64,000 nucleotides of DNA, taken from NCBI GenBank assembly GCA_965113315.1, contig OZ220365.1; one strand, 5' to 3'. The notes below the pieces were generated by a model. It was given only the letters and a program-made list of their open reading frames with translations. It did no database searches and was not told the origin of the DNA. Of the stretch, positions 38,998 to 51,357 are shown in pieces. The number at the start of each line of letters is the position of its first letter. Within the stretch, counting starts at the first letter, position 1. A program made the position numbers and the translations under genes. Source of the stretch: Podarcis vaucheri. Lineage: Eukaryota.

Positions 38998-40488
38998 CGG
39001 TCCCTTCCCTAGGTAGTGTTCTGCTGGTAAAACTAGTTGCTTTGTCCAGCACCCTTCTCATTCTTCCCCGTGCCCCCAATAGGTTATGGGTCACTGTTGA
39101 CTGTTTTGATTTTCTTTTTCTTTAATATTATTATCATTATTATTATTATTATTATTATTTATTATTATTTGTACCCCGCCCATCTGGCTGGTTTTATTAA
39201 GGCTTTTCAAAATACACTAAATGACCAAGACAGAAACAAAAGAAAAGGAAGAAAGGTAAAGGAAAAGAAAAGAAAAGTGAAAACACACATACATGAAGAT
39301 AAAAATAATGACAGAATAAAGAAAGAGAGAGATTTATAAGTAAAAGTGACTTCCAACTATCTGTCAGTTGTGTATACAAGAGTTCCCCAAGGGTTCCTTT
39401 ATTTTCAATTTGACATGTAAACAATATTATACTATTACTGTAAGTTGCTCTCAGAGCCTTGTAGCCCAGTAAATGCAGTACATACATACATACATACATA
39501 CGCTCCATCTTCCAGACTGTAAATATGTGAGTGTATTTTAAGGTAATATGCTGTCATTCTCTGTTTACACCTTGTAATAACCAAAGGTATAGGCCTCTCA
39601 GTAGGCCTGAGCAGAGGATTCTCCTGCCACAAAGGCTTTTACAGTACTTCAAAGAAGGCTTCTGTATAGTGTTAGGCATTTACAGCGATAATTTCTGCCA
39701 TTGCAAGACGGTTCCAAATGGCTACAGTTTACGTTGCAGCCAGGGCCAGAAGGTTGCTCAGATGGCTGCTCTTTTCACTCCTCACAATCTATTTCCCTCA
39801 AACTGCAGTGAGTGCTGCTGTAGCACGTTACTGCAATATAACTTTTTTCCCATAGTGGTGCGCTTTAATTTAAAGAGGCCACAACACAATTTCCAGCTCC
39901 ACTGAAGACTGTAATAAGCCCAGCCTTTGCGCTTCTTCAATAAATTCCTTAGGCTTGCTTCCCAGGGCGGTCAACGTTGCAAGCTGTTTCCCTGCAGTGA
40001 CTGCTTGCTCTGTAATGCCGGTTTTTGTGCAGCATGGCCCCTTTCAAAATCCTCTGTCACTTGGAATGTGATGCTCAGATTTATTGCGTCTTGTACACAC
40101 GATTGCTCTTCATGTGGGTCAGCAGAATAAAATGACTTTCAAATCCAAGGACTTGTTAAGTTAGTCCTGGAAAGCTCTTGACAAGATCATTGAGTTCTGA
40201 GTTACATATGAGGTCTCTTAATGCCTCAGAAGAACGGTCTCAAGGGTTTGGCTCCTAAACACAACCAGTAATGGGTGCATTCACGAGGGCAGCTTCTTAT
40301 CCCTTGCTGCTCCCTTAGCGTTAGCAGTTTAATTAAAAACTGACCCTGATTTATTGGCTCCAGGCTTCTATTTTTTTGTGTATAAAAATGAATGTGTTTT
40401 TAAAAGAGTGGGTGGTGTAGGTGCATTCCGTCTTCTTTCTTCCACAACATGCCTCTTCATGGATGATGCCTGCTGTGTATTTCATCTA

Positions 40489-41132
40489 CAGGGCCATCTT
40501 TACCCGGGGGTGCAAGGGGTGTGGGGCACCCAGGCGCCGAATTCTGGGGGATTCCAGGCTGCCTCCTACCATACCCCGGTGGCTGTGTGGCTGGACTCCG
40601 GCATCGCTCCAAATTTGCATTGGCCGGATTTGGCAGAGAAGGCAGTGCAAGGCCACTCCCTCCCCGGCGCTTTCCCTGGGCTGCTCAGCCACAGGGCCCG
40701 GCGGTGATTTGCCTCGCTCCACCTTTGCAACACTCCTCCATCTGGCACAGCCAATCTGTGGGCCGCCGTCACTGTCCATATGCACCAGGCGTGCCAGAGG
40801 AGAAGGCTCCGCGCTGCCCCCAGCATGACCAAGCTTGACCCGCTGCTCCAAACAGGCAGCCAGAGAGGAAGGAGAAATGTAAGGAGCCCCGCCATGCAGC
40901 CCCAGGCTGGTCTGGTCCGGCCTTTGGAGCCCGGCATGCAGAGCTGCACTCCACATGGCTTTTCCATGGCTCCATCCGGCATGCAACACAGTTTTCACCC
41001 AGGGCACGTGCAGAGCTTGCCTGGCGCTTGCCTTTCCCAGGAATGTGGGAAGTAGTTAGTCAGGAGATCAGTCGTGTCAAATTTTTGGGGCGCTGGATCT
41101 TTGTACCCCATTGGTGCATATGCTAAAGACAT
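40489..41132. mobile_element. GC-rich putative hAT-like DNA transposon remnant
   Basis: Abrupt GC-rich block starting cagggccatcttta and ending …gctaaagac (partial inverted end), with gggcacc/gggcgc subterminal motifs. Its ORFs match no protein I recognise. Confidence 0.45.
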
Positions 41133-41578
41133 CTAAAAAACAAAGAAGTATGTTTCTTCCTTAAGAACTGTTGGATAAGATCCAGTTGCATTCTTCCATT
41201 CACAGTAGAGCTTTTGGTTCAGTAAAAGCCTCTGTTAATGGAAGAGGATCTGATTTTTCAGATTTTCTCTTCCTCTTGGAGTCTGTAGTGGCCCCTGAAA
41301 ATCTACTCTTGATGATAACAAGGTAAAACTCCAGAACAGGGTGGCACTGGGGGATGCAAGGGGAAGAGGGAATTGGTGAGAATCAGCCCCTTCTCCTGTT
41401 AGTCGTGGTATCTATTAGATCAAAAACTCTTAGGAAATTGGAAGCACTCCTTCCATTTGTGGAAGAGTACAGCTGGATAAATTCAATCATTCTTATTTAA
41501 TTAATTCATTGGCCACATTTTTGCATTATTAATGACAGGGAGACAAATAAAGAAAAATTTGACAATAAAAAAATGGAA

Positions 41579-41811
41579 TAGTGGTACCTAGGTTTTTGAA
41601 CGTCTCCATTGATGAGCATTTCGATTTCCAACTCCAAAACCTGGAAGTAAATGCTTTGGTTTTCAAACACACCTCAAAAGTCGAACATGCCATCTGCCGA
41701 GCACAAGATCCTTAGGCCTAGCTGTTGGCTATTGAGTTTTTGGTCTCCGAATGTTTCAGAACCTGAACAGTCTTCCAGAATGGATTACGTTCGAAAACCG
41801 AGGTACCACTG
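41579..41811. mobile_element. Tc1/pogo MITE (related TIR, different body)
   Basis: tagtggtacctaggttttt … gaaaaccgaggtaccactg-TA. Confidence 0.75.
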
Positions 41812-41939
41812 TATTTATGTTTAGCTAGACCTGTATAAAATTGTTAATGTATTAAGAATTACTTCAGAGGAGGGGATTGCCCTATCTTCAAAGACATCAT
41901 TTAAGAGGGACTCTGTAATGCTCATAGTTTGTGGTGGTG

Positions 41940-42448
41940 TGTCACCCTCAAGAGATTTCAAACACAGCACTCTACATGTTGGACCAACCTGTCAGGGGAC
42001 TGCCATCAGAACGGGGGAGGGAAGCATGGGAATACCGAAAGCTTCTGAAGCTTCTGAGAAGCAGCTCCTCGTCTGGCAATGGAGAAGGCCACAGCTCCAG
42101 TGAAGCAGGGTGGGAAGGGGATAGCCGAGTGAAGGGAAAGCTCGAAGATGCTTCTGAGAGCCCAAGCGCCTCACCTAGCCCAGCCAGCCAGGAGGCACAC
42201 ACACTGCTTCCGTCACCCTGATGCGCAGAGGGTTGAAATGTAAGGAGGGGAGGCAGAGATTTGGGGTGTCCAAGTTCTTATGCTGGGGGAGAAACTGGAA
42301 AGGGGCACTCCCCAGAATCTGCAAGTGACTAAGACAGACATGAACTTTGGGTTTCTGCACTGTACATGGTTTGCACCAACAAAACCTGTAAAAGACAGGT
42401 CGGAGTCCTGCCTGGTTACTCACACGCAACCACCACCAGCACCTGACA
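41940..42448 (+). mobile_element. Possible solo LTR
   Basis: TGTCA…TGACA termini, ~510-bp GC-elevated block with an LTR-like 3' part (cctgtaaaagac…). No clean TSD. Confidence 0.35.
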
Positions 42449-44022
42449 CAACCTAATTTGACATCTTTCATTGCTCCATTTTGGCTGTCAGGTAGCAATC
42501 AACACTCAAGTGACCATCAAGCCTGACGTGCAACATTTCCTTTTATATGAGCTTCTCCATGGCTTGTAGCCTATTCAGTGGATCAACATAGTTGGCTTAT
42601 AGTTCAAAATGTTCATGTTTCATACATTATTTATATTGGATGTGTATAGAGCAATGGATTCATAACTGTATGCAAAGCCACAAACCAGCCTTCACCAACT
42701 TGTTGTCATCCTGATGCTTTATACTAAAATTTCATCAGACTCAGCCAGCGCCACTGTGCAAACTACAGGTTTTGAAGGACCCTTAGACAAGGTGTGGTCA
42801 TTGAGGTCCCTCTCTTGTGGGATGTCTTCTTCTTCTCCAAGGCAGCACAGTCCACTCATTTGCCCTGTCTCTCCCTCTAACCCAATCTACACAACTCTTT
42901 TTGGGGGGGAAGGAACATAAGGGAAGTGGAGAATGCTGCTCTATCTCCTTGCCTGTGTTCAAGTTTGTATGCTTGGAGATGGTAGGTGAACAGGTGGTGA
43001 TTTTAAGGAAGAGAAGCGAGAGGACCATGAGGTTGGAGACAGAAATAGTGGGGGGCCCTTTAGGGGCATGGGCCTTAGCAGGTGCTCATCAATGCTTATC
43101 TCTGGCCCTGAGCTCAGTATTTAAACTAGAGGTGTGAAAACTTCCCCAGACTTGATTTGGGCTTGGGCTGATTATTGTGAGCAAAAGTGGAAAATGCTTG
43201 AAAAAAGATTCTTTTTTATTATTATTTCAAGAAAACAGGATTGACACATAAGTGAAGAACTTGGGAAATACCCTTGTTGCTGTCTGCTGTCCGCATAAGA
43301 ACTGGACATGAATTCAGTCCTGAAAAGAATGACTGGACTGAATAACACAGGAAGGTCCCTGACTAAGGCCTCTGTTTCTGTCCATGCAGGAAAAGAAGAG
43401 GGTTAAGAGTCTTTTGCTTGTGTATTGATTTGTGTGCCAGTGGCAGGAGCCAGTGTTTCTGCCTTTCAGCCCTGGATCAGTTCAAAATACCTTTTGAAAC
43501 GTGTTGCCTGCTAGGGCTGTACAGTCAACTTACAGGGTGTGCTCAGTGACCTGTAAATACAATTAGGTTTCCATATGGAATCCAGTCCTTGAAAATTCTG
43601 ATATGAACTGATCTCATCCACACCTTCATATGTGAAAGTGTCAGAGACTGGAAATAGATTGATTTGCCCAGGTTGGCACAGTTATCACTTATTGCCCTGT
43701 TGTGCATACCAGAATGACTATTTTATTTTGACTCCTGATTACATGCAAAATCATGTTTTGTTTTCTCAGCTGCTCCTGATTTGCCATAGACATACAGTGG
43801 TAAAAGGGACACTCTCAAAGCAGCAATGCCAGAATCATTATTACATTATATCACTAGCTTCACACAGCTGTGGATGCAACACCACAAGTATTTATTGCAA
43901 GCTGCATGTTCAGCACTGTGGACAGCTCCATAGGAATCAGCCTAGATACCAACTGGAGCATCACAGCCATATCTGGGACAATTGCCTGTGATTGCAATTT
44001 AGCACCACTGTACACTACAGAA

Positions 44023-44381
44023 GCGGGTGGCGCTGTGGGCTAAAGCCTCAACGCCTAGGGCTTGCCGATCGAAAGGTCGGCGGTTCGAATCCCCGCGGCG
44101 GGGTGCGCTCCCGCTGTTCGGTCCCAGCGCCTGCCCACCTAGCAGTTCGAAAGCACCCCCGGGTGCAAGTAGATAAATAGGTACCGCTTACCAGCGGGAA
44201 GGTAAACGGCGTTCCGTGTGCGGCTCTGGCTCGCTAGAGCAGCGATGTCACGCTGGCCACGTGACCCGGAAGTGTCCCCAGACAGCGCTGGCCCCCGGCC
44301 AATAAATGTGAGATGGGCGCACAAACCCCACAGTCTGTCAAGACTGGCCCGTTCGGGCAGGGGTACCTTTACCTTTACCTT
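44023..44381 (+). mobile_element. Sauria SINE, very young subfamily
   Basis: CpG-rich, B box ggttcgaatccc, (ACCTTT)n tail, 12-bp TSD TACACTACAGAA (44011-44022, 44382-44393). Confidence 0.93.
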
Positions 44382-45403
44382 TACACTACAGAAAGTATGT
44401 GGGATTTCCTGGTTAGGGTGTGCCTCTGCTTTTTCAGTAAACTGTTCAATCACCTTTGTCCATAGTGAACTGTCTTAAAGGTGGAACTAGTTTGAACAGT
44501 GGGGTTCCTGAGAATACATCCAGTTTCAAATACCAAAGGGCACAAATGAACACATTTTGTTCACTTTATAAATGTGATTTGCAAGCAGACTATACGCCTC
44601 CTTCTCTTTTGTTGCTTCTGGCTGTAGCCATAGTGGGAAGGGGAAGGTGGTAGTTGCAATGAAACTATCTCCAAAGCTACTTCTGCACTTTGAGATCAGG
44701 GCCATAATGCTCTCACAAAACACCTTTTCCTTAAAGAGGTCAAGTGTGTAGATCAGTCAACAGTTTACTTTAAAAAGATTTGTGTGCTGGCCCAGCAACA
44801 TGGCTGCATCATAAGATGTTACCAGTTGGGAATCAAGAGCTTGGATTTCATTTCCTTCCATGAAATCAGGAGATAAAGGTTTGTGATAACCAATCTGAAT
44901 CTGATCATCCATAAAATGTCAATATAGCAGAAGTAAATCCTGTGATGCCCATGGTGTGTCTATTTGAATAAGAATGGGATCAGTCCTTTTGCATGGATGT
45001 GCAAATCAGTAAAAGTTTCATTTTTTTCTGTTTTGATTTGCAACCAGAGATCAGAATGGACTTGGCTTTATTTGCACAAGCAACGGAAGAAAAATTAGAT
45101 TTGGCTCTGTATCTTGCAGCAACTGCTTCACTCTCACTTAAAAACATCTCATAATTACTTTACCTACTAATATTCCAAACTGGATTTCTATCTGTGAATA
45201 TTAAAGTCTAGAATAGTGTGGTGATAACCAATGTGGTACCCTCTAGATACTTTGGGCTGTAATTCCCATTCGCTCCAACTAGCATGACCAATGGATGAGG
45301 ATTATAGCCATTGTAGTTCACAACATTTGGAAGACACCACATTGTCTAAATCTGGTCTAGATTATAACTCAAGGTCCTGTGACCTGCCAGACGTTATCTT
45401 CAT

Positions 45404-45450
45404 CAACCACATTCAGCATAGCCAGCAACCACATTCAGCATAGCCAGCAA
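45404..45450. repeat. Perfect 22-bp tandem duplication
   Basis: caaccacattcagcatagccag twice, then caa. Confidence 0.9.
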
Positions 45451-46347
45451 TGGTGGAAGCCATAATCCAACAAAATCTGGAGGGGTGATAAGGAAATCCT
45501 TGTGGGTTCTCACTTGTTAAGAAGAGAATGTTCTGCATCAGTAATATTAAAGAACCAGTAAGGGGGAATGTTTTCCCCCAAACATTCAACTCAAGATGGA
45601 GCAAAAAAACTGAGAGCACAAAGAAGTTTCTATTTGCGGGGCAGATTCAATTATCCATTATCCATTCATTGGATCATTTTTTTAAAATCTGTGAAGCTAC
45701 TAACATGCATATATGATAACTCCATAAAGTCCTCAAAGCATGAGACTCATCTCCTTAAAGCAAGGCTATGGAACCTGTGGCCCTTAAGATGCTGTTAGAC
45801 AACAATTCCCATAATCCCTGACCATTGACTGTGCTGGCTGGGCTAATGGGAGCTGAACAACATCTGGAGGCCACACTTTCCTCACCCCTGATCTAAAGAG
45901 GTGAGAAGTGTTGCTGGGAGAGATGAGAACTCTACTCTTGGATTTTTGCATGCATGCTGGTAACAGCCTCTTTCCTATACACTTCTTTCTGAATATTTTA
46001 TGTTAGGGGATGTCAGTGTCCATGTGATCCTGCTCTCTCTCCCTTTTAAATATTTAGTCAGCCTGCTGCCTTGTGCAGCTATGGACATGACAAGGCAAAG
46101 GATCTTTATTTGCTTTTCCTTGGTTGCATGGGGAAACCAATTTTTCTTTTTCGTGTAATAGGCCCACTCTGATGAAACATGAAAACTTCCCATCGCAGAG
46201 AGCCCTGAAATGGATGTATTATTAGTGGCTGAACCCACAGCTGTAGAGCTCCTTTCTTACAGAGGCCTGAAAAGTCCAAAATACTGTAAGAAGACATCCA
46301 GTTATGAGAGGTTTCTGTTGGAGTAGAACTGGTTTGGAATAGCCTAG

Positions 46348-46925
46348 TGTAGCCAGGGACTGGCAGGGCTCCTAAGAGTGTGTGGTAAAGGCCAAAGATT
46401 GATCCAGAGGAAGGGAATGGTGATTTAAGGGCTTTTGTGCCTCCTGTGAAGCAGGAGCCAGGGCTGGAAGAGTCTGAGCAGTCGGGGACGGGGGTGGGGG
46501 TGCAGTATGTGGGGCAGAAGCCAGGCCTGAAAGAAGGGCAGCACACATCAGGAGCAGAGGAAGACTGTGCCTGAGAGAGGGTGCAGTAGAATTGCCTTTG
46601 TCCCCTTCCCCACTGTCCCCCAAGACCAGGAGGGACTTGAAGAGGCAGACACAGTGACACCCTCCTTGTAAGAGAAGTCACGAATTGCTTGCATGCACCC
46701 CCTCAGACAAGGGTACTTAAATTTGTAGGGAGGCATGGTCCTGCTGTTGCTCCAACAGTGCAGCTTGGAGCACAGGCCTGGGGAGGGGATGCCAGATATT
46801 TAGTTGCCGGAAGCATGTGTGTGCATGTTTAGTGCATCTTAGGAGCTACTGTCAGTGTGTGCTTTGTCAATAAAGAATTAAACAACTGACCATTTCTCCT
46901 TCTTGGGTTGTGTGTGCTCAGGACA
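46348..46925 (+). mobile_element. Possible solo LTR
   Basis: TGT…ACA termini, G-rich block, AATAAA at ~46869 about 55 nt before the CA end. No clear TSD. Confidence 0.35.
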
Positions 46926-49900
46926 GGTTTTTCGTTTGTTGTCACCTATTCCAATCTGTTATGCTTTTTGGGATAGACACTGGACTGAAATAAATAAACA
47001 AGTAAAATCTCGTATACATCAAAACCAAACAATATAAGCACGTAGATAACCCCTCCTTACTATTTATACACATGCATATATATTCAGAAAAAAAAGTTAT
47101 TTGCTGGGATGATTGACTTCAGCACTCTGTCAAATGTTTGAGTGAAAGCAACTGCATCAGCTCTGGAGGTAGGGCGTAATCCATACAAACTACCTTATTA
47201 CTATGCTTTCTAGCTCAAAAATGTTTTAGATGGGTGGTGCTGAATCTTCAACTATCTCTTTCAGCTTATATATATATTCGCCATCGTTCTCATATGTACA
47301 TGCTTTACCAGAGCAGCCACCAGTTGTTAATATCTTGTTTCATGTCTGACTGCTCAGGAAGAATGGCAGCGTTCTGATGTTATGCAGATGTCACCAATGG
47401 GAATGGTGAAGAGCCACAGCAAATTGTTCTGTTATTGCCATTATCATTTTCATTCCCAGCTTTAAAAATGGCCCATAAGGCAGCTTACAACAAAATATTT
47501 ATTTTAATTTTATCTTGCCCTTGCTTCAAGGAGGTAAGAGCAATACAACTTTTATACTTAACAGCAACTCTGAGAGATAGACTGGGCTGAGAGATAATGA
47601 CTAGCTGACACTCAGCCACTGGGCTTTCTCATTTAAGAATCTTGATTGAATCTTGATTTTCCTAGTGAATATCTATCTACTGCACCAGGGGTTGTCAATA
47701 CAATACCCTCCAGAAGTTGCTGGACTCCATCTCCTATCAGCCCTAGCCAGCATGGCCAGTGATCAGGGATGATGGAAGCTGGAGTCAAGCAATTTCTTGA
47801 GGCTACCGCACTGGTGACTCCTCTGCTACACAATATAAAATAATAAGACAGAATATACAGTATGTACTTGTTGCCCAGACATGTTTTCAATCTTGTAGCC
47901 CCATGGTGTAGGGCTGTATCTGATGCCACTGAGAGCATCAGATGTAGCGGAGTGTAGTTTCAAGCCTTGGAGCTACCTTGTCCACTTGGAAAGTATAGGA
48001 ATGACGTTGTTGCCTATGCTAAATAATATATGTATTCCTGGAAGAGACTGTCTGGCAAGGATCCATAAGACAAAGCTGGCTTAAGGAATATGAGTCTTTG
48101 CAAAGAAAGCTCGCAAAGTAACATTAAAAAGGCTTTTTAATAAAGAAATTACAATTGGAGCAGATACATAGGATTATGATCAGGGCTGAGGAAAAGGAAG
48201 TTGCCAAGATCAGGACCTATGAGTTTAAGATAAAACGAGGCCTGGAATTAGGACTAGACAGGATTAGGCAAGGCAGGGGGCTACCAAGCAGAGATTGTAG
48301 GAAGCCTCAGTAGTCTCCAGTACTGATATAAGGAATGGCTCAAAGGCTCACAGCTCAAGGGGGCTCTGGAGTTCAAAACCCTAAGGCAGAACATGCTGAA
48401 GGTTCAACAAAGAAAGTATCAGATGCAGTTTGAAGTGAAGAAGAATAATGTTAAAAGCTGGGTTTGACACGAGGAACCAGAAATTCCATGCTAACTGAAT
48501 ATATTCATGCCTGATACGTATGCTCCCTGTATCTCAGAAGGTCTAAGTCTGCTGCACTAGAATCAGACAACAACATCCTGAAAAAGCCAATCTGAATAGA
48601 GGGTGGGAGCTGCCTGAGTTCCTAGAGATCAGCTTGATGCAGAATATCCTCTTTTAGAGGATAAAAGCTTGGACAACCATTTCTCTGGCTTGGATACTTT
48701 AAATATAGAACATTTTATATCAAGGCGTTGGGAACTGGTTAACTTTTTTTTTCTTTGGTTGGCGGGGGTAGGGGGAAGAAGGGTGGGATAAGTGACAAGT
48801 CATCCTGGAAGCTGTACTTTCTGATCCGTGTACCCTAATCTAGATGGCTGCTGAAACTCCTCACTGAGTTTATGTTGTTCATGCTCATCTGCACTCTCTT
48901 ATCTGACATTTTGCCTGTTCCATGAATGAGGCTTCACACTGAAGAGAATCCAGGTGTGAACAAGCTGCTCACCAGGGTGTAGCAGAGCGGATGTTGCTGC
49001 CACATCAGGCAGCAGCAGGGACAAGATGTGGCTAGCAGTCCAATGCTGAAAAGAGAAGCATCAAGCGATTCTATGAGAATGGCTTTGGGGTAACCCGTTT
49101 GCTTCTCTTTGTGGTGCTGGGCTGTTGGAAAAAAGGCAATTTTATTCATATAAAAGTTGGCCAGTGTCAGTAGCAATGGGCCCTGACATTTGCTCCACCA
49201 TGCCAGGTGCTGCATTTGGGCCTGACTAAAACTATAGTTGGATTGGCTCTCATGGTATGTCTTCCATTTGTAAACATGGGGAGGTGGGGCATTTGGGCAC
49301 CATCTGAGAGCAAGGAAGAAATTGGGCATGGTTGGGCTCCTGATAATGGATGACACTGTTTGTCTCTGTTCAATGAATGTGTGTATGCTTGTGTAGGTAT
49401 GGACTATGCTTGACCCTTGCAAGCTCTCCTGGAGCTCTGAACAAAGTCTATGCCATGTACACTTTATCCAAAAGATAGCACACAGAAGTGGACCAGTGGG
49501 CAGTATCCTGGTCATGCCCCCACATGGTCATTGGGTGTGGGTCTTTGGATAGTATCACAGCAGGAGAAATGCAGAAAAAACGGCAACTGGAAGTTGAAAA
49601 AAAAGCAGACAGGCAGGCATACGAATATAAAATTAGAGGACAGTTTCACCAAAAAGCTGATTGAAACAGATGGAGTGTTAGAAAGAGAGCTTCTTAAACA
49701 CCTAGAGAAAATGGGGTTGTGGATGGATGGAGAAAAAGAAATTCAAGGAAAGACTGTCAATGAATGTAAAGACCTCTGACAATCAGTCACTCTTATGAAA
49801 AGCGATACATTTCAGAATAATCTGTACTTGAATAAAAGTACAGGGTTATACCACCATGGGACAAAGGACAGAGAGAGGGTGGCAATGAATTTCTTGGGGA

Positions 49901-50544
49901 ATAATTCAGTCTGGTGTCTAAAAGCAGCCTTCATAATTTCCCCGTGTATGGAGTTGGAACCCTGATCATATTAGTGCTTGTGCTGCTGCTTGACTTATAC
50001 CTTTCATTCTGCCTGAAGCCATAAGGAAGCAGTGAGAATGGAAATTGGTATCCAAATAGAAAAACTATATTTTGTCATTGCTACACTAAAGTGGTAGGGA
50101 CAACATAATGAATACTGTGGTGAAAGTAAAAATGTCATTGTTTGGAAGCATTTCTGGCACAAATTTCTGAATGGGTAAAACATTGGTGGTTTGAGCCTTT
50201 GGGACCTGGGTAGATATTATCTTGGAAATTGAATTCAGTGGAGCTATGTCAGCACAAAATATCACACATGAACTACAAACCAACTTTTGGGCCCTTTTGT
50301 GACATTACCACTTCAACCCTGCACACACTACGGTAACTTGGAAGGAATCCTCACTGAACACAGTGGGACTTGTGAGTCAACACAGTGTTATGAGTTGTGG
50401 TTTTTTGCGGGGGGGGGGGGCGTGCATAGATTGTATGCCGAGACACTTCAAATTCTTGGATCCAGCAAGTGCTAAAATCTAAGCAAGATTTAAAATTCCT
50501 GGAATAGCCAGGCTAGTTTCCTGGTGAGGTAATGGCTCCAAGTA

Positions 50545-50773
50545 CAGTGGTACCTCGGGTTAAGAACTTAATTCGTTCTGGAGGTCCGTTCTTAACCTGA
50601 AACTGTTCTTAACCTGAGGTACCACTTTAGCTAATAGGGCCTCCCGCCGCTGCCGCTGCACCACCAGAGCATGATTTCTGTTCTTATCCTGAAGCAAAGT
50701 TCTTAACCCGAGGTACTATTTCTGGGTTAGCAGAGTCTGTAACCTGAAGCGTCTGTAACCCGAGGTATCACTG
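50545..50773. mobile_element. Tc1/pogo MITE, same family as the 35802/36030 pair, inverted
   Basis: TA-cagtggtacctcggg … cccgaggtatcactg-TA. Body is the reverse complement of the tandem copies. Confidence 0.9.
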
Positions 50774-51002
50774 TATGGGTCATTTTGGTAGCAGATGTCA
50801 AAGGGCAGATGGATGCTTCCCCGTTCCTCAACTCACTGGTAGTTAGAAAGACGAAGGTAGAATTGAGAGTTGAGTTATTTAACCTAGAAGCTGGAAGCAA
50901 GGCAGCAGGCTGGGAATGCAGAAAGAGCCATGACTGATTTCTGCTGGAATCCAAGGGTGTGGTTATGGGAAAAGCAAGATGTTAATCATAGGCTTGTGTT
51001 GT

Positions 51003-51357
51003 AAAGGTAAAGGTAAAGGGACCCCTGACCATTAGGTCCAGTCGTGACTGACTCTGGGGTTGTGGCGCTCATCTTGCTTTATTGGCCAAGGGAGCCGGCG
51101 TACAGCTTCTGGGTCATGTGGCCAGCATGACTAAGCCGCTTCTGGCGAACCAGAGCAGCGCACAGAAATGCCGTTTACCTTCCTGCTGGAGCACTACCTA
51201 TTTATCTACTTGCACTTTGACATGCTTTCGAGCTGCTAGGTTGGCAGGAGCAGGGACTGAGCAACGGGAGCTCACCCCGTCGTGGGGATTCGAATTGCCG
51301 ACCTTCTGATTGGCAAGTCCTAGGCTCTGTGACGCCACCTAGCACCACCCATGTCCC
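51003..51357 (-). mobile_element. Sauria SINE, older subfamily
   Basis: (AAAGGT)n at the left end, reverse-complement body, imperfect TSD aggcttgtgttgta/aggcccgtgttgta. Confidence 0.9.

Noticed and set aside
40354-41055. Cluster of 90-170 aa ORFs
   Set aside because: They lie in a GC-rich repeat-like block, occur in many frames, and show no recognisable domain.
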